Positions 59,093 through 64,000 of a stretch of DNA of 64,000 nt are shown one piece after another (position 1 is the stretch's first letter; every line of letters begins with the position of its first letter). Below the pieces are notes generated by a model. The model ran no database searches. It was not told where the DNA came from and saw nothing but the letters and a program-made list of their open reading frames with translations. Both the position numbers and the translations under genes were made by a program. The stretch comes from Opitutia bacterium. GTDB taxonomy: Bacteria; Verrucomicrobiota; Verrucomicrobiia; Opitutales; Opitutaceae. The stretch lies in contig CANJVR010000001.1 in the NCBI GenBank assembly GCA_947478395.1, positions 192,001 to 256,000 of the forward strand. Direction: 5' to 3'.

Positions 59093-60037
59093 TCACCGAT
59101 TGCGCGGGTGAAACTTCGTATGCTGCTCAAGCAGGCGCGACGATTCCACGGCGGTATAAATCTGCGTCGTCGCGATGCTCGCGTGGCCCAGCATTTCTTG
59201 AATCCCCCGCAGATCCGCGCCGCCGCCGAGCAGATGCGTTGCGAACGAATGCCGCAGCGCGTGCGGCTTCACGACCTTCGTGATTCCGGCGCGGCGCGCG
59301 TGTTTTTTCACGATGTACCAAAGGGTGATCCGCGAAAGCGCGCCGCCGCGGGTGCTCAGGAAAAGCTGGCTGCCCGTGCGCGATTTCACGAAATGCGGAC
59401 GGCCGGAAATCACATACGTGGCGATCGCGTCCCGGGCGCGTCCCCCGATGGGCACGACGCGTTCCTTCGAACCTTTGCCGAAGACGCGCAGAAAACCCTG
59501 CTCCAGATCGATCTGTTGCAACATCACCGCCGCGAGTTCCGAGACGCGCAGGCCACTCGAATAAAAAAGCTCGAGCATCGCGCGATCGCGCAACGACGCC
59601 GGATCACCGCCATTCGGCGCCGTGAGCAGACGGATGATTTCCTCGGGCGTGAGCGTTTCAGGCAGACGGCGTCCTAGCTTCGGTCCGGCGAGCAACGCCG
59701 TGAAATCATCGTCGATAATTTTCTCCCTCACCAGGTAACGCGTGAACATCCGCAACGCGGTGAGTTTGCGGGCAAGACTCGCGGGCGCGGCGGCACCGCG
59801 ACTGAGGTGATGCAGCCATTCGCCGGCCCGGGTCGCCGTCGTCGTGCGCCAGCCAGCGACTCCGGCCTGCGCCAGAAATTTCGCGCACTGGTCGAGATCG
59901 CGTTGGTAATTTTCGCGCGTGTGACGCGAGAGCCCGCGCTCAAGATCAATGAACGCAATGAAGCCATCGATGTCCGAGGCAAACGCCGGCGGAGCCTTGC
60001 TCAGGGCGGCGGAGCGAGACTTGGCAGGACGGGGCAT
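59093..60037 (-). CDS. xerD: Tyrosine recombinase XerD/XerC
   Basis: RDRAMLELFYSSGLRVSEL, GKGSKERVVP, HALRHSFATHLL, LGHASIATTQIYT. Confidence 0.88.
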   Translation of the reverse strand: MPRPAKSRSAALSKAPPAFASDIDGFIAFIDLERGLSRHTRENYQRDLDQCAKFLAQAGVAGWRTTTATRAGEWLHHLSRGAAAPASLARKLTALRMFTRYLVREKIIDDDFTALLAGPKLGRRLPETLTPEEIIRLLTAPNGGDPASLRDRAMLELFYSSGLRVSELAAVMLQQIDLEQGFLRVFGKGSKERVVPIGGRARDAIATYVISGRPHFVKSRTGSQLFLSTRGGALSRITLWYIVKKHARRAGITKVVKPHALRHSFATHLLGGGADLRGIQEMLGHASIATTQIYTAVESSRLLEQHTKFHPRNR

Positions 60038-60175
60038 GACAAGGCCTTGAGTTTTGATTTTTGGGTTCCGCGTTTTGAGTTTCTGCAACCGGCGAGGCAG
60101 GCTGGCCTTTCAACCCGAAACTCGAAACTCAGAACTCTAAACTGAAAGCGGTGGAGGCTTCAGCCTCGCGCTAAT

Positions 60176-60436
60176 TTAATAGCGCCGACGCATCGGCGGA
60201 CGCGGGAGCGGATTCGCCTCTTTCATGCGGAAGGTGATGCGCGCCTTTTCCAAATCGTACGGGCTCATCTCCATCTTCACGTTGTCGCCCGCGGCGATCT
60301 TGATGAAATTCTTGCGGAGCTTGCCCGAGATGTGCGCGAGCACCATGTGGCCGTTGGCCAGCTGCACCTTGAACATCGTGCCCGGGAGCACCGTGATAAC
60401 TTTCCCCTCAACTTCGATCGCGTCGTTCTCAGGCAT
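60176..60436 (-). CDS. infA: Translation initiation factor IF-1
   Basis: [35 protein letters not shown]. Confidence 0.95.
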   Translation of the reverse strand: MPENDAIEVEGKVITVLPGTMFKVQLANGHMVLAHISGKLRKNFIKIAAGDNVKMEMSPYDLEKARITFRMKEANPLPRPPMRRRY

Positions 60437-60563
60437 GGATTACGAGGAGTTGAGGAATCGAGAGGGACGTCATGGATGAGTGCGCGAGTGCTGCGTAAAG
60501 CATACTTGTAAGCGGTAAAGCCCCCGCGTAAGTCAAGGTTTTCCTCCGCGACGCACCTCATTC

Positions 60564-61091
60564 ATGACCGATCCCGCCCGCCCTCTGCCCGCCTGCCCAT
60601 TCGAGAAGCGGTTTCCCTCTCAGCTCGCGCGCGACGATGCGTTTTTCATGTCGCTCGCGTTCAATCAGGCTGTCGACGCCTGGCGCGTCGACGAAGTTCC
60701 GATCGGCGCCGTGATTGAAATCGGCGGAGAAATCGTCGCGGCGGCGCACAACACCGTCGCCGCCTCCAACGATCCGACGGCCCACGCCGAGATGCTCGCC
60801 CTCACTCAAGCCGCCGCGAAGCTCGGCAACTGGCGGCTGGAAGGCGCGACGGTTTATGTGACCAAGGAGCCCTGTCCGATGTGCTCCGGCGCAATGCTGA
60901 TGTCACGGGTGAAACGCGTCTGTTACGCGGTGCCCGATCCGAAAATGGGCTGTCTCGGCGGCGCCACCAATTTGAACGATCTCCCTCGGGTGAATCATCA
61001 TCTCGAGCTCACCGCCGGCGGCGTGCTCGAATCAGAGTGCCGCGAATTACTGCAGGCATTTTTTCGCATGAAGCGACGCGAAGAGATTTAG
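60564..61091 (+). CDS. tadA: tRNA adenosine deaminase
   Basis: EVPIGAVI, DPTAHAE, EPCPMC, DPKMG. Confidence 0.9.
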   Translation: MTDPARPLPACPFEKRFPSQLARDDAFFMSLAFNQAVDAWRVDEVPIGAVIEIGGEIVAAAHNTVAASNDPTAHAEMLALTQAAAKLGNWRLEGATVYVTKEPCPMCSGAMLMSRVKRVCYAVPDPKMGCLGGATNLNDLPRVNHHLELTAGGVLESECRELLQAFFRMKRREEI

Positions 61092-61415
61092 CGGCCAAGG
61101 GTAATGGGGGCGTGACGCCCTCAACCCGCGATAGGGTGGCACCGTTGGCGCTGTCGATCGCGCGTGAGGGCACCCGCCCCCGATTCGGGCCCAGCCTTCG
61201 ACCGGCTCACGTTTCACCCGACGTCCGCACCAAAGATGGTTCCGCTTCCCGCCCACCCGCGCACGAGGGAATGTCACTTAATAGGTGACATGTTTGGTCG
61301 GTCGAAGGGCGGGCAGCCAGCGACATGAAAGGCGAAAGTTGACGCGTACCCGCACCGGTGCCTCTGTTTGCGGTCTGCTTCGTTTCTTATTTTAGAAATC
61401 AAATCATCCAATCCC

Positions 61416-62048
61416 ATGGCTTACACGCTTCCCGCCCTGCCCTACGCCCTCGACGCCCTCGTTCCGCACATCGATGCGAAGACGATGGAAATTCATCACG
61501 GTAAACATCACCAAGCCTACATCACCAACGCCAACAACCTGCTCAAGGACTCGCCCGATCTCGCCGCGCTCGACGTGAACGCGCTGATCGCCGATCTGAG
61601 CAAAGTGCCGGATGCGATCCGCGGCGGCGTGCGCAACAACGCCGGCGGCCACAGCAATCACTCGTTTTTCTGGACCATCATGGGCCCCGGCAAAGGTGGC
61701 GCGCCCAAAGGCACGCTCGCCGCGGCGATCGAAGCGCAGCTCGGCGGCTTCGCCAAATTCAAGGAAGACTTCGCGAAAGCTGGCGCCACGCGCTTCGGCT
61801 CAGGCTGGGCCTGGCTCATCGTCGGCGCCGACAAAAAACTTTCCATCGGCTCGACCGCCAACCAGGACAGCCCGCTGATGGGCAAGGCCGTCGCCGGCAT
61901 CGAAGGCAAACCCGTCATCGCCCTCGATGTCTGGGAGCACGCCTACTATCTCAATTACCAAAATCGCCGTCCGGATTACATCACCGCGTTCTGGAACGTC
62001 GTCGACTGGGACGCGGCCGAGGCGAACTACGCCGCCGCAACAAAGTAA
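61416..62048 (+). CDS. sodA: Superoxide dismutase [Mn/Fe]
   Basis: [31 protein letters not shown]. Confidence 0.92.
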   Translation: MAYTLPALPYALDALVPHIDAKTMEIHHGKHHQAYITNANNLLKDSPDLAALDVNALIADLSKVPDAIRGGVRNNAGGHSNHSFFWTIMGPGKGGAPKGTLAAAIEAQLGGFAKFKEDFAKAGATRFGSGWAWLIVGADKKLSIGSTANQDSPLMGKAVAGIEGKPVIALDVWEHAYYLNYQNRRPDYITAFWNVVDWDAAEANYAAATK

Positions 62049-62072
62049 GTCACCGCATCAATCTAAGAGTCC

Positions 62073-62102
62073 AAGCCGCGCCGATTTTCGGCGCGGCTTT
62101 TT
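62073..62102 (+). terminator. Intrinsic terminator after sod
   Basis: aagccgcgccga-tt-ttcggcgcggctt hairpin followed by T run. Confidence 0.75.
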
Positions 62103-62450
62103 CGTGCGCCGCGATGTAGGCCAGCGCGCAGACCGCAATGCGGGTCGTTGCATCGGATATCGCCCCCGACCCAGAAAACGATTCACCCGCCCACCCGATT
62201 CTTTGCCCGGTTTTGGATTCGGCGTGGTTTAGTTCGAGAGCCAGCGGCCCGCGCGATGACGTCACGCTGCTCCGCCCTCACGCCGACGACGGCTCCGAAA
62301 TCGTCTTCACTGAACTCGCCAGCGCCCTGTCGCGCATTTCCACCACTCCGGTGATGTATCCGCGGGCAGGAAAGTGCTGACGAGGTGGTATATTCGCCAC
62401 CGAACTTTTGCGCTTCTTTGCCGAAACTTTCCGGCATCTTTTAGCGCGGA

Positions 62451-63941
62451 TCACTTCCCCACCGCCGCCGCAGCATCCCCCTCGATCGCAACATCGATTC
62501 GGCGTCCACGCGCCGTATGTTTGCTGATGCTGCTGCCGTCGCCCGATCGCAGCCCCCAGAACGTGAGCGACGATACAATCGTAATCGTACCCAGCGCGAA
62601 GAAAGCCTTGTGCAGGGCCGGTACCGCCTGGGCGGCGTCGGATTGATTCACGTGACCGAGAAAATAGCCGGCGAAGAGCGAGCCAAACGCCACGCCGAAA
62701 CTCAGCGAGAGTTGCTGCGCGGTACTCGCGATACTGCCGGCTTTGCTCGCGTCGCGATCGGAAACGTCGGCGTACACGAGCGAATTCATGGCCGTAAACT
62801 GCAGCGACGCGAAAAAGCCCTGCGCAAGGCTCAACCACAAAATCCCCCACTCCGGCGTGGCGGGGCCGATCTGCGTGAACACCATCATCGTCAGCCCGAG
62901 CAGCACCGTGTTGCCGATTAAAATCGTGCGATGCCCGAGCCGCTTGAGAATCGGCGCGCTGATCAATTTCATGCCCATCGCCGCGAGCGCCTGCGGCATC
63001 GTCAGCAAACCGGCTTTCCAAGCCGGATAGCCGAGGCCGATCTGATATAAAAGCGGCAAGAGAAAGGGCATGCCGCCGAAGCCGAGGCGGGTCACGAAGC
63101 CGCCGATGACCGCGACCCGAAAGGTCCGCACCTTGAGCAGATCAAGCTTGAGCAGCGGCGCATCGTCACGTTGCGCGTGCCAGCTGTACGCCGCGAGCAA
63201 CAGCAGCGAAATCACGAGGAGGAATACAATGGGCCCCGGCGCGAGCGAGTGTTCGCCGAAGACTTCGAGGACGTAGGAAAGCAACGCAATCCCAGCGCCG
63301 AAGAGCACGAAGCCGGCGCGATCGAGCGGGGCGACGTCGGCGTCACGAAAGTCCGGCATGTAGCGCTCGATCATCCACAGCCCCACAAGCGCGAGTGGAA
63401 TGTTGACGAAGAAAATCATCCGCCACGACAGCCAGTGCACAATCAACCCGCCGGCGAACGGTCCGAGCAACGGACCCAGCAGCGCGGGAATGATGACGTA
63501 GTTCATCGTCCGCAGGAGTTCGGACCGCGGAAACGCACGCAACAACGCGAGCCGACCGACCGGCGTCATCATCGCGCCGCCGATGCCTTGGAGGATCCGC
63601 GCGGCCACGAGCAGAGGAACGTTGGGCGCGAGCCCGCAGAAAAACGATCCCGCCATGAAAAGAATCACCGCGAGTTTGAACACGCGGCGCGTGCCGAAGC
63701 GGTCGGCCATCCAGCCGCTGATGGGAATAAAGACCGCCAGGGCCAGCGTGTAACTGGTGAGCACGCCCTTCAGGCTCAGCGGCTGGACCCCGAGATTCGC
63801 GGCCATCGTGGGCACCGCGGTGTTCACGATGGTCGCGTCGAGATTCTCCATGAAGAGCGCAACCGCGACGAGCCACGGCAGAAATTTTCGGGTCTCGGCG
63901 GAGACCTCGCTGCTCGTGGTGGCTGCGCCGGTGGACATCAT
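62451..63941 (-). CDS. DHA2 family MFS efflux transporter
   Basis: FMENLDATIVNTA, GWMADRFG, ARILQGIGG, many TM segments. Confidence 0.9.
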   Translation of the reverse strand: MMSTGAATTSSEVSAETRKFLPWLVAVALFMENLDATIVNTAVPTMAANLGVQPLSLKGVLTSYTLALAVFIPISGWMADRFGTRRVFKLAVILFMAGSFFCGLAPNVPLLVAARILQGIGGAMMTPVGRLALLRAFPRSELLRTMNYVIIPALLGPLLGPFAGGLIVHWLSWRMIFFVNIPLALVGLWMIERYMPDFRDADVAPLDRAGFVLFGAGIALLSYVLEVFGEHSLAPGPIVFLLVISLLLLAAYSWHAQRDDAPLLKLDLLKVRTFRVAVIGGFVTRLGFGGMPFLLPLLYQIGLGYPAWKAGLLTMPQALAAMGMKLISAPILKRLGHRTILIGNTVLLGLTMMVFTQIGPATPEWGILWLSLAQGFFASLQFTAMNSLVYADVSDRDASKAGSIASTAQQLSLSFGVAFGSLFAGYFLGHVNQSDAAQAVPALHKAFFALGTITIVSSLTFWGLRSGDGSSISKHTARGRRIDVAIEGDAAAAVGK

Positions 63942-64000
63942 TGCGGATAAGATAGCGACCGATGACGGCGGCATTCGCAAACGAATCGGCGGCGGCGTGA

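Noticed and set aside
59093..60037. Tyrosine recombinase as the array's integron integrase
   Set aside because: It is 18 kb away among housekeeping genes, has XerD-like motifs and size, and shows no IntI-type insertion before the HxxR box. A trans role is not excluded but nothing supports it.
1..64000. rRNA, tRNA, reverse transcriptase (retron/DGR), prophage or DDE transposase genes
   Set aside because: None recognised by eye; small ncRNAs could be missed without covariance-model searches.

Overview
High-GC bacterial chromosome segment. Gene content (DUF1501/DUF1549/DUF1553 operon, planctomycete cytochrome-c/WD40 protein, Rho with a long N-terminal insertion) suggests a PVC-superphylum host, probably Verrucomicrobia/Opitutales (inference). 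Most of the window is housekeeping and metabolism: polyphosphate glucokinase, SlyD-type PPIase, ybbA/ybbP/tesA-like locus, DHFR, nucleoside ABC transporter, GH28, ComM/YifB, coaE-rho-pilB-pilT-pilB-pilC, a glycan-degradation cluster, xerD, infA, tadA, sod and an MFS pump. The standout feature is an 8.3-kb minus-strand gene-cassette array (32608-40880). It has 16 attC-type sites (15 of 60-62 bp, one internally deleted), a 17th remnant and an attI-like site at its head, but no integron integrase beside it or recognisable in the window. Its cassettes include three toxin-antitoxin pairs (one HicA that lost its start codon), a HEPN-motif candidate nuclease and many orphan membrane proteins, five of which read through attC and share a C-terminal tail. 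Secondary findings: a GxxExxY nuclease-family gene in 31-bp inverted repeats splitting an ABC operon, a sulfatase missing its catalytic residues, several REP/MITE-like repeat families, an esterase-FAH fusion and gene remnants. All calls come from reading motifs by eye; no database searches were run.
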